From: Acetobacteraceae bacterium
GTDB taxonomy: Bacteria > Pseudomonadota > Alphaproteobacteria > Acetobacterales > Acetobacteraceae
DNA length: 38,140 nucleotides
Assembly (NCBI GenBank): GCA_035701785.1
Contig: DASSRN010000602.1
Coordinates: 1 to 38,140, forward strand
Reading direction: 5' to 3'
A model generated the notes under the pieces. It did no database searches and had not been told where the DNA came from. It saw only the letters and a list, made by a program, of their open reading frames with translations. The position numbers were made by a program, and so were the translations under genes. Of this stretch, positions 25,109 to 34,185 are shown piece after piece (the first letter of the stretch is position 1; each line of letters begins with the position of its first letter).

Positions 25109-27555
25109 AGGGGCGCACCGCTCTGGTGCCGCTCTTCCTCATATCGCTGGCCGCGGTGGGGTACGAGACGGCGCTCACCCGTTACTTTGCCGTCGCAAAG
25201 TGGTCGGAATACGGCTACTGGGTCATCTCCATCGTCATGGCCGGCTTTGCACTGAGCGGCGTGGTGCTGGCGCTGTTCCGTGACGCCTTCGCCCGCCGCG
25301 GCGAGGCCTTGCTGGCGGCGTTGCCCACGCTGCTGATCATAGCCGCCGCCATTGGCTTTCACTTCACCACCACCAATCCGTTCAACCCACTGCAATTGCA
25401 GAATCCGGTCACCTGGAATCAGCAGCTGTGGAACATCGCCGGCTATTACGCCTGCCTGCTGCCGTTCTTCTTTCTGGCCGGCATCTTCGTCAGCCTGAGC
25501 TTCGTGCTGAACGCCGATCGCATCGGCACGGTGTATGGCTTCGACCTTACGGGCGCCGGTGCAGGGGCTGCCTGCGTGTTGGCGGCAATGTTCGTGGTGC
25601 ACGCCTTCTTCCTGGTCCCGCTGCTGCTGGTCCCGCTCGCCCTCAGCGCCTGCTTCGTCACGGGACGCCGGCGTTGGGCAGCCGCACTGGCCGCGTTCGC
25701 CACGCTGCTCGCCTCCGAGTCGCTGCTGCTGTTCGACAACCGGGCCGAATACAACGATTTCAAGGCGATCTACGCCCCGCTGCACACGCCGGGCGCACGC
25801 GTAGTCGCCAGGGTGCTGTCACCGCGCGGCGACTATTCATTGCTCGACGACTTCACCGAGCGCGTGGACACCGACATCTCCAACAATGCCGGCATGATGG
25901 GCGTGCCGGGTCCGCCGCAGACCTTCGGGCTTTACCGCGATGGCAACCGCATCGCCGCGCTGCCCAAGGGGCCGCCCGATGTGGGCTATGCGCCGGCGTC
26001 GCTGGACGCGCTGCCCTATCGGCTGATCCCGCACGCCAAGGTACTGCTGGCCGGTGCCTCGGGCAGCTTCCGCATCGAGGAGGTGCTGGCCCTCGGCGCG
26101 GCTCATGTGCGCGCACTGGAACCGGAACCCGTGCTGCTGCGCGCGCTGGAGCATGGCCTGGGGCCAGCCGATCGCTGGCGGGGCGACGACCGGGTCAGCG
26201 TTTCCGGCGAGGGCCCGGTTGCGGTGGTGCACGGCGGCGGCGAGTACGACATTGTCGATCTGTCGGCCGACTTCCTCGACGCGGCCGAGGCCAACACCAC
26301 GGCCTTCACCGTGCAGGCACTGGCTGCCAGCCTGCGCGCGCTGCGGCCGGGCGGCATCGTGTCCATCCCCGTTTCGATCCGCGACTTTCCGGTCTATGCC
26401 CTGCGCGTGCTGGGCACCGCGCGTGCCGCCCTGCTGGCGGCCGGCATCGCCGACCCGGCGGCGCATACTGTAGTGTATCGCTCCGCCTGGGGCGCACGTG
26501 TGCTGCTGTCCAACCAGCCGTGGAACGCCTCACGCATCGCTTCGGTGAAGGCGTTCTGCGACGAGCGCTCGTTCGACGTGTCGTGGTATCCCGGCATGGA
26601 TCCCGCCGCCATGCGCGGCAACATCTACAACGACCTGCCGGCCGTGTCGTTTGCCAGCGGTGAGGTCGCTTCGGACGGACCGGACGATGCGATCGCCGAC
26701 GAAGCGGGCGCGGTGCTGGCCGGCCAGGATTCTCCGTCGAGAGCGGCGTTCAATCTGGCGCCGATCACGCTGGACCGCCCATTCTTCTATGCCGTGCTGC
26801 GGCTGGACCAGCTCGGAACGATCCTGAAACGCCTGGAGATCTTGCCGCAAGCGGAGATCGGCGCGCTGGTCAATCTCGCCGTGCTGGCCCAGGCGGTGGT
26901 GATCGCGGCACTGGTGTTGCTGGTGCCGCTCGCGGCGTCGCGCCGGCTGCGGCTGCCGGAGCGCGGCGTGCTGCGGCCGATGGTGTATTTCTCCGCACTT
27001 GGCTTGGGCTTCCTGTTCCTCGAGATCTACCTGATCGAGAGGGCGAGCCTGTGGTTGAACGACCGGACCTCGGGGTTCGCGCTGGTGCTGACCGGCATGC
27101 TGGTGTTCTCCGGGATCGGCAGCATGCTGGCGGACCGCGTGCGCTCGCCACAGACCGGCATCGCAACGGCCTGCATCATGGTCCTCGCGTGGTGCGCCAT
27201 CGTGTTCGTGTTGTTGCAGCCGTTGATCCTGGCCACGCTCGCGCTGCCCTGGTTGGCGCGCGCTGCGCTCGTGCTGGTCGTGCTGGCGCCGGCGTCGGTC
27301 GCGCTGGGCCTGCCATTTCCGCTCGGTCTGGCACAGACCGGATCGGGCGGACTGCTGCCCTGGGCGTGGGGGCTGAACGGCGCATTCTCTGTGGTAGCGA
27401 CGCCACTCGCCAACCTGATCGCGCGCGAGGCCGGGTTCAGCCGGGTTCTGTTGTCCGCCGCGGTGCTGTATGTGATCGCCCTGGTGATGTTCCCGGTGAC
27501 AAGGAAAAGCCGCGCGTGGCAGTTGCACTCCGAACGATCACGCGCCGCGGAGTGA
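25105..27555 (+). CDS. Polytopic membrane protein with a central spermidine-synthase-like (class I MTase fold) domain between two roughly 7-TM bundles
   Basis: Seven hydrophobic segments lie in aa 1-210 and seven in aa 590-800. The central part reads KVLLAGASGSFRIEEVLALGAAHVRALEPEPVLL...YDIVDLSADF, which aligns to the SpeE pattern vLiiGGGDG..rEvl...v..vEiD...fDvIi.D. GGGDG is replaced by GASGS. Confidence 0.82.
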   Translation: MKGRTALVPLFLISLAAVGYETALTRYFAVAKWSEYGYWVISIVMAGFALSGVVLALFRDAFARRGEALLAALPTLLIIAAAIGFHFTTTNPFNPLQLQNPVTWNQQLWNIAGYYACLLPFFFLAGIFVSLSFVLNADRIGTVYGFDLTGAGAGAACVLAAMFVVHAFFLVPLLLVPLALSACFVTGRRRWAAALAAFATLLASESLLLFDNRAEYNDFKAIYAPLHTPGARVVARVLSPRGDYSLLDDFTERVDTDISNNAGMMGVPGPPQTFGLYRDGNRIAALPKGPPDVGYAPASLDALPYRLIPHAKVLLAGASGSFRIEEVLALGAAHVRALEPEPVLLRALEHGLGPADRWRGDDRVSVSGEGPVAVVHGGGEYDIVDLSADFLDAAEANTTAFTVQALAASLRALRPGGIVSIPVSIRDFPVYALRVLGTARAALLAAGIADPAAHTVVYRSAWGARVLLSNQPWNASRIASVKAFCDERSFDVSWYPGMDPAAMRGNIYNDLPAVSFASGEVASDGPDDAIADEAGAVLAGQDSPSRAAFNLAPITLDRPFFYAVLRLDQLGTILKRLEILPQAEIGALVNLAVLAQAVVIAALVLLVPLAASRRLRLPERGVLRPMVYFSALGLGFLFLEIYLIERASLWLNDRTSGFALVLTGMLVFSGIGSMLADRVRSPQTGIATACIMVLAWCAIVFVLLQPLILATLALPWLARAALVLVVLAPASVALGLPFPLGLAQTGSGGLLPWAWGLNGAFSVVATPLANLIAREAGFSRVLLSAAVLYVIALVMFPVTRKSRAWQLHSERSRAAE

Positions 27556-28433
27556 TGTCCGCCGCCGGCGCGCTCGCCCTGGCGCCGCGCCTTGGCGCCG
27601 CGGCGGCGTGGACGCGCAGCGCGTACGAGACGGCGATGAACGCATCGGGTCGCCCCGTGAACCTGACGGATGCGCAGTTCGAGGCGATCCAGAAGCGCAA
27701 GCCGGCTGCGCTGAAGCATATCGAAGGCTACCTGAAGGAACGTCTCGGCGCTGCCGATCCGGCGGTTATGGCAGCATTCGAAACGGTGCCGCGCGAGTAT
27801 TTTCACTACATCTACTCCGAGCATCGCGCGACGCCGGGCGACGCCTATGAATCGGACCCGAAGCCCTGGGCACTGGGCTACGGTTCGGCGCTTTCTGACT
27901 ATCTGGGTCAGGCCTACATGACGCAGATCTGCAAGCCGAAGGCCGAAGACACCACGCTGGAGATCGGCACTGGGAGCGGCTTCCAGAGCGCGCTGCTGTC
28001 CCGCATCGTGAAGCGCGCCTATTCGATCGAGATCATCGAGCCTCTTGGCAAGGCGGTTGGCAGGATCTTCGCGCCGCTTGGCTATGACAATGTCCATACG
28101 CGCGTGGGCGATGGCTACTACGGCTGGCCCGAAGTGCAGGGCGGCTTCGACATCATCATCGTGACCTGCGCCGCGCAGTATGCGCCGCCCGACCTGTTCA
28201 AGCAGATCAAGCCAGGCGGTCGGCTGGTGATCCCGATTGGCCAGCCGTTCAAGCGTGGGCAGGTGCTCTACGTCTACACCAAGGACGAAGACGGCAAGAT
28301 CCACTCGAAGCGTGACATGGGGGTCTTCTTCATCCCTATGACCGGCGCGATCGCCAAGAACCCGCCGCCGCCGCACGCTGCGGCTGCCCCGCAGCCGACG
28401 CCCGCCGCCGCGGACAAGCCCGCGGACGAGTAG
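27555..28433 (+). CDS. Protein-L-isoaspartate O-methyltransferase-like (PCMT family) protein with N-terminal extension and Pro/Ala-rich tail
   Basis: FETVPREYF, TLEIGTGSGFQSALLS (SAM motif I), VGDGYYGWPEVQGGFDIIIVTCAA and LKPGGRLVIPIG are present. The ATG overlaps the upstream TGA (TGATG at 27553..27557). The 168 upstream codons of the track ORF lie inside the membrane-protein gene. Confidence 0.85.
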   Translation: MSAAGALALAPRLGAAAAWTRSAYETAMNASGRPVNLTDAQFEAIQKRKPAALKHIEGYLKERLGAADPAVMAAFETVPREYFHYIYSEHRATPGDAYESDPKPWALGYGSALSDYLGQAYMTQICKPKAEDTTLEIGTGSGFQSALLSRIVKRAYSIEIIEPLGKAVGRIFAPLGYDNVHTRVGDGYYGWPEVQGGFDIIIVTCAAQYAPPDLFKQIKPGGRLVIPIGQPFKRGQVLYVYTKDEDGKIHSKRDMGVFFIPMTGAIAKNPPPPHAAAAPQPTPAAADKPADE

Positions 28434-28508
28434 GCCCCGCCTCCATTGTCATTGCCCGCCGTGCGAAGCAATCTCGCATCCGCGGGCACTGACGCCGTGG
28501 AGGAAACC

Positions 28509-29279
28509 ATGAGCTACGAACACATCCTGGTCGATGTCGAGGACGGCGTCGGAACGATCACACTCAACCGCCCCGACAAGCTGAATGCGATGAACCGCAG
28601 GCTGTCGGCCGAACTGCACGATGCCGTGAAGGCGATGGACGCGAACGACGCGGTCGGCTGCATCGTGATCACCGGCGCCGGCAAGGCGTTCTCGGCCGGC
28701 GGCGACATCCACGAGCAGCGCGAGGACGACCGCAAATACAGCTTCGAGCAGCTCGAGGCGATGCGTGATGGCCGCCGCGCCTACGACATCGCCGGCTCGG
28801 CCAAGCCGACCATCGGGATGATGAACGGGCTGGCTTATGGTGGCGCCGCCGTGCTGTCGTCATCGCTCGATATGCGCGTCGGCTGCCAGGACACCAAATT
28901 CCGCTTCCTCGCCGCGGCGTACGGGCGGATCAACAGCACCTGGTCGCTGGGCGCGCAGGTCGGCTGGCCGATCGCCAAGGAACTGCTGTTCACCGCCCGC
29001 GTTGTCGAGGCCGAGGAGGCGTATCGCATCGGCCTCTTGAACCATCTGGTGCCGCGCGCGCAGCTGCGCGACAAGACGATGGAGATCGCGCGCATGATCG
29101 CCGGCAATCACCGCGGCGCAGTGATGGGCGTGAAGTCGCTGCTGTTGCAGCAGAAGGGTGAAAGCCAGGAGCGTGCCTACGAGATCGAGCACGACTACAC
29201 CACGCACGTGATGCGCGGCGCCAAGGCCGAAGACGCGTTCCCCGAATTCATCGCACGCAAGGGACGGGCGGTCGGCTGA
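28509..29279 (+). CDS. Enoyl-CoA hydratase/isomerase (crotonase) family protein
   Basis: MSYEHILVDVEDGVGTITLNRPDKLNAM...ITGAGKAFSAGGDI...NGLAYGGAAVL. GGAGGA lies 5 nt before ATG 28509. Confidence 0.9.
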   Translation: MSYEHILVDVEDGVGTITLNRPDKLNAMNRRLSAELHDAVKAMDANDAVGCIVITGAGKAFSAGGDIHEQREDDRKYSFEQLEAMRDGRRAYDIAGSAKPTIGMMNGLAYGGAAVLSSSLDMRVGCQDTKFRFLAAAYGRINSTWSLGAQVGWPIAKELLFTARVVEAEEAYRIGLLNHLVPRAQLRDKTMEIARMIAGNHRGAVMGVKSLLLQQKGESQERAYEIEHDYTTHVMRGAKAEDAFPEFIARKGRAVG

Positions 29280-30199
29280 TGCAGAAGATCAAGTACGAGA
29301 AGCGCGACCACGTCGCCTACATCACGCTGAACAACCCCGAGAAGGCCAACATCTTCGACAAGGAGACGTCGGACCAGATCTCTGAGGCGTGGATCGACAT
29401 GTGGGAGGATCGCGACGTGCGCTGCGCGATCCTCACCGGCGCCGGCGATCGCCACTTCTGTGGCGGGCACAACCTGGCGCCGCGCAAGAACATCACCGAG
29501 GAGGAGCGCGAGTATCTGCGCACCCAGCGCATCTTCTGGCCGCTGGCCGGCACGGTGCACGGACAGAAGACCGGCGTGGACGGTAGGTTCGGCGATCACT
29601 ATCCGCGTGTGTGGAAGCCGGTGATCGCCGCAGTGAACGGCTGGGCTGCCGGCGCGGGTCTGTACGTGCTGCTGTCATCCACCGACATCCGCATCGCCAG
29701 CGCGGAGCACGCGCGCTTCAAGTTTTCGCTGCTGTCACAGGGCTGGATCGGCCATGGACCTGGCGCCGCGCTGCTGATCAAGCAATTGCGCTATGCCGAT
29801 GCGATGAAGATCCTGCTGACCGACGAACCGTTCGATGCGGCCGAGGCGCTGCGGATCGGCCTGGTCAACGAGGTGGTGCCGCACGCGGATCTGCTGGAGC
29901 GCGCCGAGCGCTATGCACGGCATATCGTCAAGCTGCCGCCGGTTGCGGTGCGCATGATGAAGGAGTTCGTGGTGCGGTTTGGCGACCTGCCGACCGATCA
30001 GGCGTGGCACGTGCAGAACCTGATGAACAACCTGCTGATCCAGGTCACCACCGACGGGGAGGAAGGTCGCGCCGCGTTCAACGCCAAGCGTCCGCCGGAT
30101 TTCACCGGCGCGCTGCGGCGGCGTGGCGAGGCCTGGCCGGAGCCGTCGGAGGAGGACGCGCAACGACTGGACGAGGCGTATCGTAGCGGCGAGTTCTGA
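29279..30199 (+). CDS. Enoyl-CoA hydratase/isomerase family protein (second copy, longer C-terminus)
   Basis: VAYITLNNPEKANIF...LTGAGDRHFCGGHNL...VNGWAAGAGLYVLL. The start overlaps the upstream stop as ATGA. Confidence 0.85.
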   Translation: MQKIKYEKRDHVAYITLNNPEKANIFDKETSDQISEAWIDMWEDRDVRCAILTGAGDRHFCGGHNLAPRKNITEEEREYLRTQRIFWPLAGTVHGQKTGVDGRFGDHYPRVWKPVIAAVNGWAAGAGLYVLLSSTDIRIASAEHARFKFSLLSQGWIGHGPGAALLIKQLRYADAMKILLTDEPFDAAEALRIGLVNEVVPHADLLERAERYARHIVKLPPVAVRMMKEFVVRFGDLPTDQAWHVQNLMNNLLIQVTTDGEEGRAAFNAKRPPDFTGALRRRGEAWPEPSEEDAQRLDEAYRSGEF

Positions 30200-30255
30200 C
30201 GAGCCGCACCGCGTACGCCGCGCTGAGGGTTCCGTGTGATCGATCCCGCTGCGAT

Positions 30256-31061
30256 TCAGCGCAGGGACGCCTCGAGGCGTTGGAGCAGCCGCGCCCGCAG
30301 GGCAGGGCTTCCAGCTGGCCCGCGAAGTACCCTGCCGTAGATGATGTGCAGGTATGGCTGCATGGCCGCCGTCAGCACCGCGGGGGACATGCCGGTAAGG
30401 CGAGCGTATTCGGACTGCATGGCTGCATTGACCGCGCGCGGCCGCTCAGGATCGGCGACGCTTTCCGGCACCAACTCGGAATGGATGAAGTGGCTGCACG
30501 CAAGGTCGAGGCCGGCGGGCGCACGGGTTGTACCTCCCCAGTCGATGAGTTTTGGGCCATCCGCCGTCATCATCACGTTGCCGGCGTGACGGTCGCCATG
30601 GCCCATCCGTCTGCCGCCGCCAGGCGCTCGATCAAGGTGAGAATGCCGGTGGCAATGTGCTCCGGAAGCACGCCGCCGGATAGCCGTGACAAGCTGGACT
30701 CGGTCTCGCGCAGCGAGAGTATGTCCAACGGTGGGGTCGTCCTGTGAACAGATATGGCGAGGGTCGCGAGGATCGCGCCCGTTTGCTCCGGCGTCATGAC
30801 GCCGCTCCGCGAGAGCTGCATCAGGGTCGGTCCGTCTAGACGCTGCAGCACGACGCCGAAGCGCCCGTCCACCGTCACCTCGTCGAACACCTCCGGCGCC
30901 GGGAGGCCGGCGACAAAGGCGGCGCGGGTCATCCGCGCCTCCCACCAGCTATGGCGCCGCGAAAAGCCGGCCTTGAACAGTTTCAGGACCTGACCGGGTG
31001 CCCAGGCATGGACGTCCGACCAGGCGCCTTCGCCGATCTTCTCCCCGAGAGATCGCTGCAT
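30256..31061 (-). pseudogene. APH-type phosphotransferase (aminoglycoside/choline kinase fold) split by a frameshift near 30600..30625
   Basis: The N-terminal frame (track ORF 30573..31307, ATG 31059..31061, GGGGGA RBS) reads MQRSLGEKIGEGAWSDVH...VLKLFK...LTLIERL. The C-terminal frame (track ORF 30256..30945) reads ...GHGDRHAGNVMMTADGPKLIDWGGTTRAPAGLDLA, the HGDxHxxN / IDW catalytic-loop pattern. The two frames meet within GCGGCGGCAGACGG. Confidence 0.7.
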
Positions 31062-31202
31062 CCCCCGTTCCTGCGCCCGAGGAGCAAACACACTATGGGG
31101 CCGCGTTCTACCGAAAGATGATGGTCGGTGCATCGAAAAAGCTCTTGCCCCGACGGGTAAAGCCACTCCCATCATAGATGACCCCGACCAGGACACGCAG
31201 CT

Positions 31203-31664
31203 ATGCAGTTTGCCGATATCGAACCGGGCCTTCATGTCGTTTGGGACGACACGCCATCCGTCGAAACTCGCGACAACCTCATCCAGAAGATTGATGCCTT
31301 TCATCACCGCACGTTCCCGTCCGAATTCGAACGGTTCGCGCTGCTATTGCAGGACGCTGCCGCATGTCTCAAGGGCGGGCTCTCCGGACTGATCTATTGC
31401 GACTGGCTCCGTGTTGATGGGCTCTGGATTGATGACGTCCTGAGACATCGAGGTATTGGGACCGAGTTGATGACACGTGCGGAAAACCACGCCATCGCGA
31501 GGGGTTGCCACTCAGCGTGGTTGACCACCTTTCAGGCGCGCGGCTTCTATGAAGCAGTGGGATACGAACTGTTCGGCGCGCTGGACAATTATCCCGCTGG
31601 CCAAAAGCAATATTTCTTGCGGAAGCCCCTTATCCCTGAGCAAAAGCCAAGTAGAGCCCGATAA
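31203..31664 (+). CDS. GNAT family N-acetyltransferase
   Basis: LWIDDVLRHRGIGTELMTRAENHAIARGC...GFYEAVGYE is the acetyl-CoA binding motif A (R/Q-x-x-G-x-G/A). G+C is lower than the neighbours: 30/60 in line 31561..31620. Confidence 0.85.
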   Translation: MQFADIEPGLHVVWDDTPSVETRDNLIQKIDAFHHRTFPSEFERFALLLQDAAACLKGGLSGLIYCDWLRVDGLWIDDVLRHRGIGTELMTRAENHAIARGCHSAWLTTFQARGFYEAVGYELFGALDNYPAGQKQYFLRKPLIPEQKPSRAR

Positions 31665-31698
31665 CCGGACAATGGTTGGACTCTCGGGAAAACCGATC

Positions 31699-32502
31699 CT
31701 ACCGCCGTCCGCAGCCGAACAGCAGTTCCACATCAACCTCAACCGGACCACCTGCAACCGTATCTCCCTCCAATTGCCGGCGGACATCTTCCCGCACGAG
31801 CCGCTGGATTTCGGTCGGCAGCGCCACAAAGGCCTGCCCCGGCTCTCCGTGACCCTCCTCGATGGACTTGAAGTAAGCTCCGAAGGACCGAAATGGATAG
31901 CGCCTGGTCTCGGTGAAGGTTTCGACCTGCTGGAAACCCGCAGCGGTGAACAGCGAGCGCAGATGTCCGGCATCGCCGAGAGAGAAATAGCGGGCTGCGA
32001 GCGCTGCGCGCTCCGGCCAATAGTGGCCGACGATGGCATCGACACGCGTGGCGAATGCTCGTTCTGGCACGGTATTGACCGAGACGGCGGCCCATCGGCC
32101 CTCGCGCAGGACGCGGCGGAACTCCGACAGGCCGCGTGCTGGATCAGGAAACAGCATGAGGCCCATGGCGCACAGCACCGCGTCGAATTGCCGATCCGGA
32201 AAGGTGAGCGATTGGCCGTCCTCGACAGCGAGAGAAACATTCAGCTTTCCGCTGAGACGACCACTCGCCTTCGCAAGCATAGCCGGCGAAAGGTCGGTCG
32301 CGACAACGACGCCGGATGGCCCGACGGCGTCGGTCGCCGCTTCGGCGGCCGCTCCGGTGCCAGTGGCAACATCCAGCACCTTGTAACCAGGCCCCACGCG
32401 AGCGGCACGAAGCAACGCAGGAATGAACTGACCGGAGATGCTGCCAAAGGCACGGTCATATCCTGCGGCGGCTCCCGCTCGATAAGAGAGCTCTTGGGCC
32501 AT
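31699..32502 (-). CDS. Class I SAM-dependent methyltransferase
   Basis: VLDVATGTGAAAE (motif I), VATDLSPAML and FDAVLCAMGLMLFPD motifs. Confidence 0.88.
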   Translation of the reverse strand: MAQELSYRAGAAAGYDRAFGSISGQFIPALLRAARVGPGYKVLDVATGTGAAAEAATDAVGPSGVVVATDLSPAMLAKASGRLSGKLNVSLAVEDGQSLTFPDRQFDAVLCAMGLMLFPDPARGLSEFRRVLREGRWAAVSVNTVPERAFATRVDAIVGHYWPERAALAARYFSLGDAGHLRSLFTAAGFQQVETFTETRRYPFRSFGAYFKSIEEGHGEPGQAFVALPTEIQRLVREDVRRQLEGDTVAGGPVEVDVELLFGCGRR

Positions 32503-32610
32503 CGCACACCTCGATGCGTTGCAATCAGAAAATAGCTCGACCGCACCGGCTTGGCGATCAGTACGGTGCGAATGTCCGCTTGGTTGATCAGACCCGCGCG
32601 GCGCTCGCCT

Positions 32611-33180
32611 CTACCCCGCGACAGACCGGGTCCGCCCCCAATCCTGACGCGTGAGCCGAAACAGCACGCAGCGTCGTCGTGGGTGACCTTCCGGCAGATG
32701 GGGGTGATCGAAATCATCGGCGGACGAGTACGTCATACCCAGCCGACGCATCACTTGCTGTGACCGGAGATTCGCGGGAATCGTAGTGGCGACGATCTCG
32801 TCCAGCCCTAGCTCCTCAAAGCCGAACCGCAATGCCGCGCGGGCTGCCTCGGAGGCGTAGCCACATCCCCAGAACGGTCGGGCGAGCCGCCAGCCGACAC
32901 CAACAGCCGGCGTGAAATGCGCCTCGTAGCTGGGGCGAGACAGGCCGACTGCGCCAATCAATTGCTGTGTCTCGCGCAACTCGACTGCCCAGTAGCCGAA
33001 CCCTTGCTGCGCGAACTGCGCCCGTTGTCGCTCGATCCACGCGTTCGACACGTCCAGTGTCGGCAATGGCGTCAGGTGCTCCATGACAACGGTATCCGCC
33101 GAAAGCGCGGCGAACGGCGCGCGATCCTGCTCCTCCCAGGGACGCAGTGTCAGTCGGCTGGATTGCAACGGAAGGGGCAT
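32611..33180 (-). CDS. GNAT N-acetyltransferase (RimJ/RimL-like)
   Basis: MPLPLQSSRLTLRPWEEQDRAPF...GYWAVELRETQQLIGAVGL...WGCGYASEAARAAL. ATG 33178..33180 is preferred, with GTG 33201 as an alternative. Confidence 0.85.
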   Translation of the reverse strand: MPLPLQSSRLTLRPWEEQDRAPFAALSADTVVMEHLTPLPTLDVSNAWIERQRAQFAQQGFGYWAVELRETQQLIGAVGLSRPSYEAHFTPAVGVGWRLARPFWGCGYASEAARAALRFGFEELGLDEIVATTIPANLRSQQVMRRLGMTYSSADDFDHPHLPEGHPRRRCVLFRLTRQDWGRTRSVAG

Positions 33181-33282
33181 CCGTCCAAAGACCGCAGCCA
33201 CGAGCGGCTGACAAGCCTTGACCGTGCGCGGGCGACCGTCGGCGTCTGCGTCAAGCGCCCCTCGCGCGGAACTGTTGCGGCC

Positions 33283-34155
33283 TCAGCGCACCAGCAGGCC
33301 CGCACCCGCGATGATCAGACTCAGGTTGGCCGCCACCGCGAACTGGCGATCGCTGAGCCGGTCGAAGATGGCGAGCCCGCAGGCAGCGCCCACCAGCGCG
33401 CCCGGCGTATATGCCAGTGCGTGAAGCCCGGACTGGTGTCCGGCAGGAGGGCCCATCAGCATGATCAGGCACAGCGCCAGGATCTGCATGATGAGAATGT
33501 AGGGCTGGCAGACGCAACGTTGTTGCCATTTGTCCCAGCCCTTGAGGCTGCACCAGATGGTGACAAGTGCGCCCGGGAAGCCGGCCAGGCCGCCGGTGAC
33601 GCCGCCCACCAGGCCTGCAACGCCATCGCCGGTCCATCCCCAGTCGCGCCGTAGCTGAATCGGAGGCCTGCACAGCATGCACGCGCCGTATCCGATCAGG
33701 AAGCTTCCCATCGCAATCGCAAAGCCGCGCGGGGGAATATGTAGAAGAAGCTGGATTCCCAAGGGCAAGCCGATCACGCCCCCGACGATGAAGGGTCGCA
33801 GGCTGCTCCATCTGATCGAGCCGAGCAGCGACCACACAATGAGCAATTGGATCGCAATGCTGCAGACGATCATGAGCTCCACCACCATGACCGGCTCGCT
33901 CATCAGGTGCAGCAGTGGAGCAGCGCACAGGGCGGAAAACGCGAAACCCGCGATTGACGAGATCAGCGCCGCCAGGAAGACGACCGCGAGCACGGATAGG
34001 CGTGTCGCTGGCGTTTCGAGAATGGCCGTGCCAACTGTGTACGCGATCCACATGGCAAAGGCCAGCAGAAGCGACGCGGGGTGAAGTAACGCTGCCGATC
34101 TGGCCCCACGCCGATACGCAAGGGAGTCGACGCGCAAGGCTTCGACGTCATCCAT
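33283..34155 (-). CDS. TauE/SafE (TSUP) family anion exporter / permease
   Basis: Eight or more hydrophobic segments with repeated GxxGG-type motifs (GLVGGVTGGLAGFPG). Length and pattern are typical of the TSUP family. Confidence 0.85.
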   Translation of the reverse strand: MDDVEALRVDSLAYRRGARSAALLHPASLLLAFAMWIAYTVGTAILETPATRLSVLAVVFLAALISSIAGFAFSALCAAPLLHLMSEPVMVVELMIVCSIAIQLLIVWSLLGSIRWSSLRPFIVGGVIGLPLGIQLLLHIPPRGFAIAMGSFLIGYGACMLCRPPIQLRRDWGWTGDGVAGLVGGVTGGLAGFPGALVTIWCSLKGWDKWQQRCVCQPYILIMQILALCLIMLMGPPAGHQSGLHALAYTPGALVGAACGLAIFDRLSDRQFAVAANLSLIIAGAGLLVR

Positions 34156-34185
34156 GGTTCGTACTCCGTGTCGAAACCTTGGGAG

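Noticed and set aside
30200-30255. Rho-independent terminators at convergent gene ends (30200..30255, 20106..20111, 12700..12707, 10056..10059, 280..288)
   Set aside because: Convergent genes abut or overlap. I found only weak, imperfect stems and no U-tracts, so no terminator is claimed.
31062-31664. GNAT toxin / RHH antitoxin (TacT/AtaT-like) module
   Set aside because: No antitoxin-sized ORF (about 90 aa, DUF1778/RHH) lies upstream of or overlapping the GNAT gene. The 141-bp upstream region is a divergent promoter shared with the APH-like gene.
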